A stretch of 64,000 nucleotides of DNA from Felis catus (Eukaryota), in contig NC_058368.1 of the NCBI RefSeq assembly GCF_018350175.1, positions 159,590,001-159,654,000 of the forward strand, written 5' to 3'. Both the position numbers and the translations under genes were made by a program. The notes under the pieces were generated by a model that saw nothing but the letters and a program-made list of their open reading frames with translations, did no database searches and was not told where the DNA came from. Numbering within the stretch: the stretch's first letter is position 1; the number at the start of each line of letters is the position of its first letter. This document shows positions 22,883 through 34,774 of this stretch, piece by piece.

Positions 22883-25041
22883 TGTCTTAAGATCTTTCAT
22901 GTTTCTGAAGAAAATTCAATATAAACATAAGCATTATCATCAGAAGTAAGGCTGTTTTCTCACTCAAGTTCACTGGCTCCACCAGACCAAGGCTATATTA
23001 CAGACCCAGGCTGAAACAGGTCAGATAATCCTTTATGGTGTTTCAAACATGCTACTTCTCTTATCTCACTAATCGCAACTAATGATACACATCACTAATT
23101 TCCTGGACACATGCAAGGTCTCTCAACCCATTCAATCCATCTCCAAGTTATGCCTACTACTACTTTTCAGTTGAGCCTGTATTATCTCTCCTGAACAATT
23201 ATTGAATTGTCTTCCTAGGTGTAGCCTGCATGCAGTCACAGATCGCATTTCATATAGTAAGTCCTTCCCCTCCTCCCTTCTTACCTCCTGCAGCATGTCT
23301 TCACTACCTGGTTGATCATTGAAGACTCAGAGCAAATGTGACGTCCACTGTGAGGTTGCCTCAGTATCGCTAAAACTGAGTATTTGCACTCATGGAATCT
23401 ACACTTCAAGTGACCTACACAAATGATGTCAAAACCGTGTAATCTCTCTGATGGTAGTTTGCAAGCAACACAGGGCAGACACTGTATAATAGTTGTTACA
23501 GTCTGTTCAATACATGTCCTTCAGTGATTGCCAGAAAATGTCTCCTAGCTTTTAATAACTCTCTCAGATTATACAAAATCAAGTTCCAGGAACATAGGTT
23601 TATCAAAATCCTTAATAAGTAAGTGGCCCCAATCTATTTTTTCATACTTACCTCTACATTGGCCTTATACCTGCCTACCACTTTTCCAGTAATAACAAGA
23701 CATTTTAGTCACATGACTTTATTTTCTGTATTTCAAATGTATTTTCTTTTTACTTTCACAAAATGCTATCATTCAAGTCGATACATGCTATAATCATATA
23801 GCACAAAATGCTATATCAAGTTGATATATTTCCTATGACACCCTACTGATTCTTATTCAACTTCATCCCCTAATCTTTCTATTGAAGTATTCTTCATCTT
23901 TTACACAAAATTAAAATATTACTTCTTCTGTGGAAACATCTTTAATTTACCAGTTAGAATTTGTTGTTGTTGTTGCTATTGTTTTCTCCTGTGTCTCAGA
24001 ATACTTCTCATATACTTCATTTAAAGCAGATAATACAGGATAGTCTTTGTCATGATGTGGTAACAATAGGGCCTGAAATCTTAGCAGTTATCCCGGCAAA
24101 GTTTGTTTCTTTCTTTAAAAAACCTAATGTAAGTCTGGTAACTTCGCAGAGTAGCTGTTCTACATCAAATGACTTCATCAGTCACCATGCTTCTTGTGTG
24201 TCTGCCATGGCAACATGAGGCTTCCTCAATCATTTCAAGAGGGAAGAAGAAACTGGAACACTATGCAGGAACTTTGCATGCCTCTACCCAAAAGTGCTCA
24301 ATGCATGTGATCCCACCTAGTGCAAATAGGTCTAAAGGAGAGAAGATGACTGGATATTAGTGAGCACTCATTTTAAGTACCAGAGAGACTTACTCACTTT
24401 ATAGATATTTATGTATTTACTTGTCTTCTTTTGCTAGACTGTGAATTCCTTAAGGGAAAACCTTCATTTCTATACCCCAGAACTTCAGCCAATACCATGC
24501 TTTGAGTATGACATCAGTTATTGTAAGACAGAACTGAAATAAATCACAAGGGAAATAAGGTTGTGCTTATCTCTGAGGAGAAGAAACAAAAATTCTGTTC
24601 TTACGTCCTCAAATATTCACACAATAGATTCTCCCTTTCCTATCAAAGGGGTTAACCATGAATATTACCTTCCATTCCATTTTGAGCATTAAACACATGT
24701 TTAACAATAGCAGAAGTTGCCACATGAAATATGTGTTTTTACTTTCTAAAAATGTAGGTTCTGCAGAATGTATAACGCATGAGAGGGTCAGGATATGAAC
24801 TAACTCCGAAAGAAAGAAAGCTTCAGAGAAGTCACCCAAAATCTACTACATGTCCAGCTTGCTTGAGAAGTTTAACCTTATTTTTTAAAATAGTAATTAC
24901 ATAAACATGTCAGGAATACAGTGTGTCCAAGTAAAGAGTCCAACTTACCCAAATTAAATGCCGAGGTATTTTTATGTCTATCCATTAAATCTACCTTTGT
25001 AACACATATTAAAATATCAAAATGCTTATTAAAAAGTGAAA

Positions 25042-25258
25042 GGGTCGCCTGGGTGGCTCAGTCAGTTAAGCATCCGACTTCAGCTCAGGTCACCATCTCG
25101 CAGGTCATGGGTTCCAGCCCCACATCAAGCTCTATGCAGACAGCTCAGAGCCTGGAGCCTGTTTCAGATTCTGTGTCTCCCTCTCTCTCTGCCCCTCCTC
25201 TGCTCACACTCTGTCTCTCTCTGTCTCTCAAAAATAAATAACATGTAAAAAGTTTTTA
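25042..25258 (+). mobile_element. Can-SINE, felid type
   Basis: Head/CT/A-tail; flanks TAAAA(A)GTGA. Confidence 0.94.
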
Positions 25259-25429
25259 AAAGTGATAAACAGTGTTTCAATTTTGCTAAAAAGATAATGA
25301 CAATATAGTATAGGGAAAAGTGCCCTGAATTAAAAAGTAGGTGACTTGGTTGTTTACTCTAAACTCAGTCACAGTAGCTTGTTTATAAAATAACTAGGTG
25401 GTATTTAAGGTCACTTACTAACGACCAAT

Positions 25430-25710
25430 CTGTAACAGCAGTAACTATCATTTATTGAACTTTTATTATACTACTATTAACATCTAGTTTTTAATATAAG
25501 AATTTGTATAGGTACCAGCTGTTTTCATAGGTTCCTTACATATTTCATTTATTCCTTACACAAACCCTTTGAGGTAGGTACTATTATCTCCATTTCACAA
25601 ATGAGGAAATTGAGACAGAGAGAGTTTAAGCAGTTTATTCAAGGTTACATGGCTACCACTAGTTTAAACTCCATCTGACTCCAATTTCTGTACTCTTGAC
25701 CTAGGCCATA
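25430..25710 (-). mobile_element. MIR SINE
   Basis: GAGGTAGGTACTATTATCTCCATTTCACAAATGAGGAAATTGAGACAGAGAGAGTTTAAG (antisense MIR core). Confidence 0.8.
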
Positions 25711-25783
25711 TTATCTCTTTTAATATAAAACATTGTGGTGGTTTCAACTGCAAGTACTCAACTAGACAACTAAAACTGATTTA

Positions 25784-25787
<4 letters not shown>

Positions 25788-25827
<40 letters not shown>
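25788..25827. repeat. (AT)20 microsatellite
   Basis: Seen directly. Confidence 0.97.
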
Positions 25828-25830
<3 letters not shown>

Positions 25831-26174
25831 CTCATATAAAAGAAATTTTCCAGGTTGGTGATGTCATCAAAGGTTCAGACTGTCCATCTTTCTGCTCTGT
25901 CATACTCTGTGGGTCAGTGATCCCTCCCCTCATGGTCAGATGACCTAAGCAATTGCAGACATCACGCTTGGGAATGACCATACCAAGCAAACAAGACCAG
26001 TATTTTTGTCCATGAGTATATTTTGGAGGGGAGATGACCTTTCCCAGAAGATATTCTTGTATTTCCCTAAGTCCAAGTGACCAGGACTAGTCTGACTAAA
26101 GGAGGCCTAGAACATGATCTGATATTTGGAGACTGTAGAGGGAAAGACAGACTCTGATAGAAAATGTGTGTGTA

Positions 26175-26275
26175 GGGGTGCCTTGGTAGTTCAATTGGTT
26201 GAGTGACCAACTCCTGATTTCTTCTCAGGGTCATGAGATAGAGCCCTGCCTCACACTCCATGTGTATAAAAAAGA
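26175..26275 (+). mobile_element. Short or truncated Can-SINE
   Basis: GGGGTGCCTTGGTAGTTCAATTGGTTGAGTGACCAACTCCTGATTTC head. Confidence 0.75.
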
Positions 26276-26445
26276 AAGGCGGCATGTGCTGTGTGGAGGG
26301 AAGCAAGCTGGAGAGGACAATAGGGTAGCTATGGATAGGCAATCAGCAGCAAGTAGTACCATAAGAAAATATCACTACCCTTATTTTATAGGTGAGAAAG
26401 CATACTTAAAGAAGTTAAAAACTTGCACAAAGTTACTTGGGGTGG

Positions 26446-26480
26446 TTTTTTGTTTTGTTTTTTAATGTTTATTTTTAAGA

Positions 26481-26513
<33 letters not shown>

Positions 26514-26675
26514 CAGAAGAGGGGTGGAGAGAAAGGGAGACACAGAATCCGAAGCAGGTTCCAGGCTCTCAGCTGTCAGCACAGAGCCCTACATGGGGAT
26601 CGAACTCATGGACCACAAGATTATGACCTGAGCCAAAATCAGATGCTTAACTGACTGAGCCACCCAAGCCCACCC
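26446..26675 (-). mobile_element. Can-SINE, felid type
   Basis: (GA)n then GACACAGAATCCGAAGCAGG…CTGAGCCACCCA. Confidence 0.93.
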
Positions 26676-27811
26676 ATCCTTATAATTTTAAAAGGAAAAA
26701 TTGCATAAATATGAAATGGCATAGGTGGTTGAAATAAGTATTTTTATTTTCTTAAAATGCAATCACATTAAAAAGTCATGTCATAAGCTTATCATCCTAA
26801 CTTAGAATTTAAGTGCTTTTCCTTCCAGACTTTTTTTTTCAAAAATATTGTTGCATAATTGGAATCACAATTTATATTAATATTTGGTATTCTTATTCTT
26901 TACTTAACATTACAACAGAAATATGCTTGCCACGTGCACTTCAAAATCATCATTTAAATATGTGATATTTCATCAATTAGATGCATTGCACTTAATTACT
27001 CCCTAGTGTTGAATACTCGGTGTTTTCCTTTGTTTTGCTATTTATAGGCAATGGGTGATAGCCATCTCTGGGCATATTTTGAATTATTTTCTTAGATCAG
27101 ATTCCCTGGAGTAGAATGACTTAAGACCAAGAATATGAAGGTTTATTGGTTTTTTTGTTTTGTTTTGTTTTGTTTTGTTCTGTTATTTGTTTTTGTTTCA
27201 GGGTCTTCATGGATTCTGCCAACTTACTTTTGGAAAGGATGGGTCAGTTTACAGTGTGATTAGTAATGTATGGGAGCACTAATTTTCCTCTGCTTTCACC
27301 CTTAGTGGGAAATATATTAAGTTGATACATTAAAATGAACCTTCATTTTGCAATGGGAGAAAAAAAACAAAACATAGCACTCTGCTAGCATCTCAGGGAA
27401 GACAAAATAAACACAAATATAAATAAAACAGTTGTGCATAGAGGAACTAGGTGGTGAAGGAAACGTGTCCTGATCATTATGGAAGCTTAGGAAGGGGAAC
27501 AGCATTTGAAATACCTCTTTAAAGAGTGAGGAGAAGAAAGATGTGTGAAGAGGGAATGGAAATTATGGGCATGATCAAGAATACAGAGGGTTGAAATGGC
27601 AGGGCATGTGGTGAGATAATGCAGTTTGCATTTATAGGAGAATCAAGTGGGAGTCAGAGAATGGAAGAGAGAATCCTGGTGAAGTAAGAATCATAAGATT
27701 TGGACAACGTTATATGACATAATAAGAAACTTAGGTCTAATCCTACAGGTTATGGGAAACCACTGTGTGGTTTTAAGGAAGGGGTAGATGCAATACAAAC
27801 TTTTTTAAAAC

Positions 27812-28000
27812 CAGTGTTTTTCAATGTGCAGTCTAGAACAGTGGCATCAGCATCACCTGGGAACACAGAAATGCAAGTTCTCAGGTCCCACAGGACACTT
27901 ACTTGGTAACAACTCCATGAATGAGACCTAGCAATCTATATTTTAATCAGCACTCCAAGTGAGTCTGATGCCCAATAAACAATAAAGTTTGGGAACCACT
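27812..28000. mobile_element. MER5A-like hAT MITE
   Basis: CAGTGTTTTTCAA…CATCAGCATCACCTGGGAAC…AAGTTTGGGAACCACT. Confidence 0.8.
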
Positions 28001-28005
28001 ACCTT

Positions 28006-28647
28006 TTTTTTTTTAATATATGAAATTTATTGTCAAATTGGTTTCCATACAACACCCAGTGCTCATCCCAAAAGGTGCCCTCCTCAATACCCATCACCCA
28101 CCCCCCCCTCCCTCCCACCCCCTATCAACCCTCAGTTTGTTATCAGTTTTTAACAGTCTCTTATGCTTTGGCTGTCTCCCACTCTAACCTCTTATTTTTT
28201 TTCCTTCCCCTCCCCCATGGGTTTCTGTTAAGTTTCTCAGGATCCACATAAGAGTGAAACCATATGGTATCTGTCTTTCTCTGTATGGCTTATTTCACTT
28301 AGCATCGCACTCTCCAGTTCCATCCACATTGCTACAAAAGGCCATATTTCATTCTTTCTCATTGCCACGTAGTATTCCATTGTGTATATAAACCACAATT
28401 TCTTTATCCATTCATCACTTGATGGACATTTAGGCTCTTTCCATAATTTGGCTATTGTTGAGAGTGCTGCTATAAACATTGGGGTACAAGTGCCCCTATG
28501 CATCAGTACTCTGTATCCCTTGGATAAATTCCTAGCAGTGCTATTGCTGGGTCATAGGGTAGGTCTATTTTTAATTTTCTGAGGAACCTCCACACTGCTT
28601 TCCAGAGCGGCTGCACCAATTTGCATTCCCACCAACAGTGCAAGAGG
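28006..28647 (-). mobile_element. Young 5'-truncated felid L1 (ORF2 C-terminus plus 3'UTR)
   Basis: Antisense translation [45 protein letters not shown], then one frameshift, then MHRGTCTPMFIAALSTIAKLWKEPKCPS…SLLCGS*; perfect 16-bp TSD TGGGAACCACTACCTT at 27990-28005 and 28648-28663. Confidence 0.97.
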
Positions 28648-29222
28648 TGGGAACCACTACCTTAAACTGACATTCTGGCAACTGGGCAGAAGGTGGTTTT
28701 GGTGGAGTAAGGTTGGATGCAGGAAGGCCACTCAGGAAGCTGCTGCAAAGGTCAACCAGAAAAATGATATGTCCTGAACTTATCCGTGAGATTGAAACCA
28801 GTCAGGTTTAAATTATTTTATGTAGGAAAAAGTACACAGACTGAGAAATTTTGACTGAGGACAGAATCCTGGGATATACAAATTCTAAAGGGGCAGGCTG
28901 AAGAAGTGCCCTTTAAGAAAAGATAGTCAGGAAGGTATGAAAAGGAAGAGGAGGGAAAGTGCCATGGAAACCAAAGGAGTAGAGAGCTTTAAGAGAGTCA
29001 GATGGATAATAGTATCCCCAAAATATAAAGACTCAAAAACACGTACTGGGTTTTACAATTAGGGCACCGTTTTTAACCATAGAGAAAGCAGTATAGTGTA
29101 GTCCTAAAGATGGAATCAGACTTAAGGAAGATAAAGAGGAAATGAGATTTGAAAGAACGCAAGAAATTTGTGGAATAGTACTACTTTGGAGAATGCTGGA
29201 TGTAAAAAACAGCAGTTGGATC

Positions 29223-29428
29223 CTGAGGTTGGTAAACATTTTCTGAAAAGACCACATAGTAATATTTTCATCTTATGGGCACACAGTCTCTATGGCCGAT
29301 ATGTAACTATACCATTGTAGGGCAAAAAGTACCCATAGGCAGTATATAAATGCATGTCAATGGCTCTTCCCAACAAAACTTTATGAAAACAGGCAGTCTG
29401 CTGGTGAACTATAATTTGCCAATTCCTG
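29223..29428. mobile_element. MER58A-like hAT-Charlie MITE
   Basis: GAGGTTGGTAAACATTTTCTG…AACAAAACTTTAT…AATTTGCCAATTCCTG with inverted termini. Confidence 0.75.
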
Positions 29429-29471
29429 GGTTAGACAATTTCTGAATTTTTTTTCTTTTATTTGTGTTTGT

Positions 29472-29711
29472 TATTTTTTAATGTTTATTTTTGAGAGAGA
29501 GAGAGAGAGAGAGAGAGATTGAGAGAGCCCACACATGAGCTGAGGAGGTGCAGAGGTGCAGAGAGAGGGAGACAGAGGATTAGAAGCAGGCTCCACACTG
29601 ACAGCAGAAAGCCCAATGTGGGGTTCGAACTCACAAACTGTGAGATTGAGATCATGACCTGAGCTGAAATCAAGAGTCAGACCCTTAACTGACTGAGCTA
29701 CCCAGGCACCC
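29472..29711 (-). mobile_element. Can-SINE
   Basis: Ends GACTGAGCTACCCAGGCACCC; (GA)n tract. Confidence 0.93.
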
Positions 29712-30738
29712 TACATTTGTTATTTTTAAGATAGGAAAGTAATGCACATATTTATAGGCTGAAAGGAAAGAATATATAGAAATGAAGATATTGGAGGATA
29801 CATTTACTCTTTTATTTAACTATATTTACTGAACTCCTCCTATGTTCCAAGCATTATTCTAGGCACTGAGAATGAATAAGAGTGAATCTTTTTTCTTAAG
29901 GAAGTAAAAAAAAAAGAAGTCTACAAATAACACATAATAAGGAATACTAGGTGATAATAATTGCTATGAAAAACAATAAAATAGATGGAGATTGCCAGTT
30001 GGGTTATTCTAGGTTTACAAAAGGAAAATCTCCTCTGAGGCATTTATATTTAAGCCGTGACATGAATGGCTAGAGAATGAAGTAGAGAGGGGTAGTAATT
30101 AGCAAAGCAAATATCTAACAAGGCAGAAGAATAGGGACCGAAGGGATGAACAGGGTTTCAATGGAGAAGACCTTCTCATCCTATCAGACTAAGAATAAGG
30201 TCGAAGATAGAAACAGCAAGAGGTTGAAGGTTCATCATGAGATTTTATGATGAATGAAGAGACAAAGTTATCCAACTAGAGTGGTTAGGATGGAGTCAAA
30301 TAAAAGATTCGAGTTGATTAGTGAATAATTAGGTGGTAAGGAAAAGGAAATTCACTGGAGTCAAATAAAGAATGGATTGTGGCAGTGAAAGCCCATCCAT
30401 ATTGGCTGCATCTATGCAAAATGTCTGCCTGTGGTAATGCTGCCAACACTTTCAGGAAGAGAGATTTATGGTATGTTCTGTAGAGCATGTGGTATACTTC
30501 AGACACACTTAGTCCTGCCCAAAGAACTACATCCATGTTGTATTTGAAGAGTTGGTAGTATAGCCTACAGATTTCCCAGAGAGGTGAGCTCACTCAAGAA
30601 AGTATCTTTCAAGAAATACATTCAAAGACTAAGAATTGTGGAAGTAATTTACATCACCTAGCTTAGTCATTCATAATTATTAAAGGACAATGAAATTGAG
30701 GCCTTGTAGAATATGAAAAAAAAAAAAAAAACAAACTC

Positions 30739-30943
30739 GAGGTGCCTGGGTGTCTCAGTCGACTCTTGGTTTAGGCTCAGATCATGATCACAGTTTGTGA
30801 ATTTGAGCCCCACACCAGGCTCTCTGCTGACAGTGCAGAGCTTGCTTGGGATTCTCTACCTTTCCCTCTCTCTCTGCCCCTCCCATGCTTGCTCGCTCTC
30901 TCTCTCTCTCTCCCCCTCAAAATAAATAAACTTAAAAAAAAAA
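30739..30943 (+). mobile_element. Can-SINE
   Basis: GAGGTGCCTGGGTGTCTCAGTC head, CT tract, AAAATAAATAAACTTAAAA tail. Confidence 0.92.
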
Positions 30944-31859
30944 CACTAAAAGCTGCTGTGGTTCACTACAGCCTGTGTGCCACAGGGCAGAGAGATAACA
31001 TGTGTCATAAAAAGGGCATCCTAAAAAACTCACAAAATCTAAGAAAGAGGAAAATCAGAATACATACAGAATCTGGCAAATAGGATAAAGCAGGAAAGCA
31101 GGCTTTAGCCAATGTGATTGAAAGCAGGGTTTCATACTTGAAACTCTAGGGACTATTTGGGTAGAAAGAAGACATAGAAACTCTGATACCTGGAACCTAA
31201 TTTTTTAGCTAATTGGACCTTGAGAGTTGACCCTGAGTTGTAACATTCTAGAATTTTTAGTTCCAAGAGACTCAGGGATAAGATTTTACTTTCCAAGTGT
31301 TAGCTTGCAAAGAGTTGAAAAGAAAATACTAGAGTTGAATTCTGAGGAAATGTTAAAACAAAACTTTGGGCATACCATCAAAATAAGCCAACAATTTCAT
31401 CAGTTAAAGGAGAGAAGGAGAATTCAAACACTGAGCCAAAGATAAAAAAGATACAAAGCAAAGGTTTTGAGTGGAGGCTGGTAAAATGCAAAAGTTACTT
31501 TCTGTTCCAGTGAGAGTAGAGCAACTGTGGATTTTTCTGGAATGTCTGAAGTCTTGATGTAACCAGGAAGATAGCCCTGACTGTCCATGAGTGGATCCAG
31601 GAGGCATCCCAACCCTTCAAACATGCTAGGGTCATGCTCAAGGAATATTTCCACTCCTGACCATAGAGAAGCCAGAATTTATTTTTAAACCCAAATGCCA
31701 CATTGAACAAGAGCTGTCCCAAAACTGTTTTCACAGTTCCTACTGTGTGTAGGATTAGGGCTGATGATCCTGCTATGAAAAATGGAATTGAGACCAGGAC
31801 AAGGCAGTGAATGGCAATCAATCACAATGATCACATATTCAGACAGAATTAATGATCTC

Positions 31860-32083
31860 TTTTTTTTTATTTTTTTTTAATGTTTATTTACTTTTGAGAG
31901 AGAGAGAGAGAGAGAGAGAGGTGTGAGAGGGAGAGGGGCAGAGATACAGGGAGACACAGAATCCCAAGCAGGCTCCAGCCTCCAAGCTGTCAGCCCAGAG
32001 CCCGATGAGAGACTCAAACCCACAGGCTATGATATCATGACCTGAAGTCAGATGCTTAACCGACAAAGCCACCCAGGCACCCC
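31860..32083 (-). mobile_element. Can-SINE, felid type, inserted in the tail/TSD of the next SINE
   Basis: Flanked by TGATCT(C)TTTTTT on both sides. Confidence 0.93.
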
Positions 32084-32089
32084 TGATCT

Positions 32090-32335
32090 TTTTTTTAAAT
32101 AAGAGTCAGAGCCTTCTTTTTTGTTTTGTTTTGTTTTAGAGAGAGAGAGAGAACATGAACATGAGTGGGGAGAGGAAGAGAGGGAGAGTGAGAGAGAGAG
32201 AGAGAGGGAGAGTCTTAAGCAGGCTCCACACCTAGCTTGGAAGTTGATGTGGGGCTTGATCTCAGGACCATAAGATGATGACTTAATCCAAAATCTAGAG
32301 TTGGATGCTTAATTGACTTAGCCGCCCAGGTACCC
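32090..32335 (-). mobile_element. Can-SINE with double A-tail
   Basis: Perfect 15-bp TSD ACAGAATTAATGATC at 31843-31857 and 32336-32350. Confidence 0.9.
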
Positions 32336-32451
32336 ACAGAATTAATGATCGATTTCCTGCCTATTCTAGAATATAGATGATATATAATTTTTTTATGTGT
32401 CAAAAGGACACAATAAAAAACTCTATGTAGTGCTATAGTGTTGGTGCAATA

Positions 32452-32742
32452 AATATTTCCAAAATGTGTTCATTAGAATATTGGTACCATAAAATATTAA
32501 TGGATATAATGAACAAAAAGGATTCTGTGATCAAAACCCATGGGAACCACTGGGTTCAATAAAATTAAACACTTCCTTTATTGCAGAAATTTTCAGAGCC
32601 ATTGATATGCTAATGTTACCATGGCTATTCAAAGGAGGGGCACAGAATACAGTACTTAATCACTATTATTTGACCATGGGATACAATTTAATAGTGTGGT
32701 TAATATATTTAATTTTCCATAGAACATACTTGATAAAATCAT
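32452..32742. mobile_element. Old hAT-Charlie family non-autonomous element
   Basis: ATATTTCCAAAATGTGTTCATTAGAATA at left and TTCCATAGAACATACTTGATAAAAT at right resemble inverted termini; subfamily not determined. Confidence 0.55.
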
Positions 32743-32829
32743 TAACGTTTAAGGGAAATAGAAGATATTCAACATGTATTATAATATCACCTTCTTTTCT
32801 ATAGCATCAGTGTATTGCTCACTCAAGAC

Positions 32830-33371
32830 AAAAAAAAATCCTAGAAAAAATTGTGCACATAAAAGCCTTACTCATAACAACCCTACCTAAAAGTCCATCA
32901 ACAAGAGAATGATAGTCTTAACATAGTCACACACAGAGAAACTCTTCAACAATGAAACCAAAATAAATAATACCTCACACAGCAACACAGGTGAATCTTA
33001 GAAACACAACATTTAGTCCAAAAAGTCACATTTCAGAAAACTACATATAGTATAAAACCATTTTTATAAGATTTGAATATTGGCAAAATTAAATATTCTA
33101 GGTTAGGATACATAATTACATGATGAAACTATTTTTAAGAAATAAGGGGATGGTAAACACAAAATTTAGGGTGGCCAGGGAAGGCAAGGACACTGAAAGA
33201 AAAAAGGAACCCACAGAGGCACCTGGGTGGCTCAGTCAGTTAAGTGTCTCACTCTGGACTTCAGCTCAGGTCATGGTCTTAGGATTGTTAGATCAAGCAC
33301 TGCTTCAGACTTTGCATTGACAGCACAGCCTGCTTGGGATTCTTTCTCTCAGCCCCTCCCCTGATTGTGTG

Positions 33372-33413
<42 letters not shown>

Positions 33414-33625
33414 TTCTCCCTCTCTCTCCCTCTCTCTCAAAATAAATAAGCATTAAAAAAAAGGGAACACACAGACAGATAAAACAGTAATGATAAGTCC
33501 TAGTTATTGCTGGGGAATTATTCATGGGTATTCATTTTGTTTTTATTTTTCATAATACACATATGTGTTGTGGTTTTCTTTTGCAGTTCTCAAATATTAT
33601 ATGCTAAAATTTAATTTTAAAAAAC
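32830..33625 (+). mobile_element. Old L1M 3' fragment (interrupted by Can-SINE)
   Basis: AAAGTCCATCAACAAGAGAATG…GGTGAATCTTAGAAACACAACATTTAGT L1ME/MC-type 3' phrases. Confidence 0.65.
33216..33462 (+). mobile_element. Can-SINE with expanded (TC)n
   Basis: Flanks AAA(A/G)GGAAC(C/A)CACAGA. Confidence 0.92.
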
Positions 33626-34251
33626 ACATAATAAGCACTCAATAAATATTTGCCTAGTGAACAAAATTACTAAGATAATTGGTGTACCAAACCTACAGAG
33701 CAGCCCACTAAGACTTTTAGGTGGTTACCAATGGCCAATGTCCAGAGAGTTGTTAAGATAACAGAAGCCCTTGCAGAGCCTGAAGGGTGGTAGGACCTAA
33801 TACTGAGACACTAAATTTTCTGCCATCCCCTCAAAATGGAGGACTCAGACACAGACCTGGAATATTTAAATAAAATTAAGAAAAGTGATATTTCACACAC
33901 ATTGGCCAATATTCATACTTAACACAGTTTTACTTTTGAAAATAGTCAACTACTGTAGAGCAAATCTAATACCCAGTGATATAAGGTATTGTATTTGACA
34001 ACAGAATCCTAACATTGGAGTGCTTTCTGGATGTCACCTTCTGCATCATCATGATGCATTACAATAATATAAATTACTGTTTGGCTCATGGAACCTCCTT
34101 CTTGTAAGATGGTAATGCGTTCAGCCACAAAATGCTGGGTGATGCCAAGACTCCAGCTGTTTATTCAAAGGACCAAAAACCACAACAGAACTAAATCACA
34201 AAGTAAGGAAGTGTTTGTTGCTATTGAAAGCATCAAAACTTCCAAAAATGT

Positions 34252-34531
34252 CTTTTTTTTAAATTAAGATATAATTGACATATAACATTATATTAGTTTC
34301 CGGTGTAGAACATGTTTCAATTTACATATATATTGCAAAATAATCTCCACAGTAAATCTAGTTAACATTCCTGACCACATTTATTTACAGTTTTTTTCCT
34401 TTGAAAAGAACTTTTAAGATCTACTTTCTTAATGACTTTCAACATGAATAGATATTGAGGGTATTAGACTAAGTGAAGTAAGTCAGTCAGAGAAAGATAA
34501 ATATGATCTTACTTATTGTGGAATCTTAAAA
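34252..34531 (-). mobile_element. Short L1 with inverted 5' segment
   Basis: 34252-34440 is an antisense L1 3'UTR with poly-T; 34441-34530 is a sense-strand ORF2 end (T*IDIEGIRLSEVSQSEKDKY). Confidence 0.8.
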
Positions 34532-34586
34532 AGAAATGTTTATTATCCATTAAATAGGGACCCTCAGTATCCAGCCTCCCTACTGT

Positions 34587-34774
34587 AGTGGTTTTTAAAA
34601 GGTGTTTCCCTAGACCAGTAGCATCAGTGTTACCTAGGAAATTTTCAGAAATGTAAATTCTTAGGCTTCACTCCACACCTACTGAATCAGAAAATATGAA
34701 GGTAGAGCCCACCAAGCTGTGTTTTATCAAGCCCTTCAGATAATTCTCACTCTCATAAGGTTTGAGTTCCACTG
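34587..34774. mobile_element. MER5A-like hAT MITE
   Basis: TAGTGGTTTTTAAAA…CACACCTACTGAATCAGAAA…GGTTTGAGTTCCACTG. Confidence 0.8.

Noticed and set aside
2161..33320. Many 60-106 aa ORFs of the type MAQSVK…AQVMIS…SSSP…LTAQSLEPA
   Set aside because: These are translations of Can-SINE bodies, not a gene family
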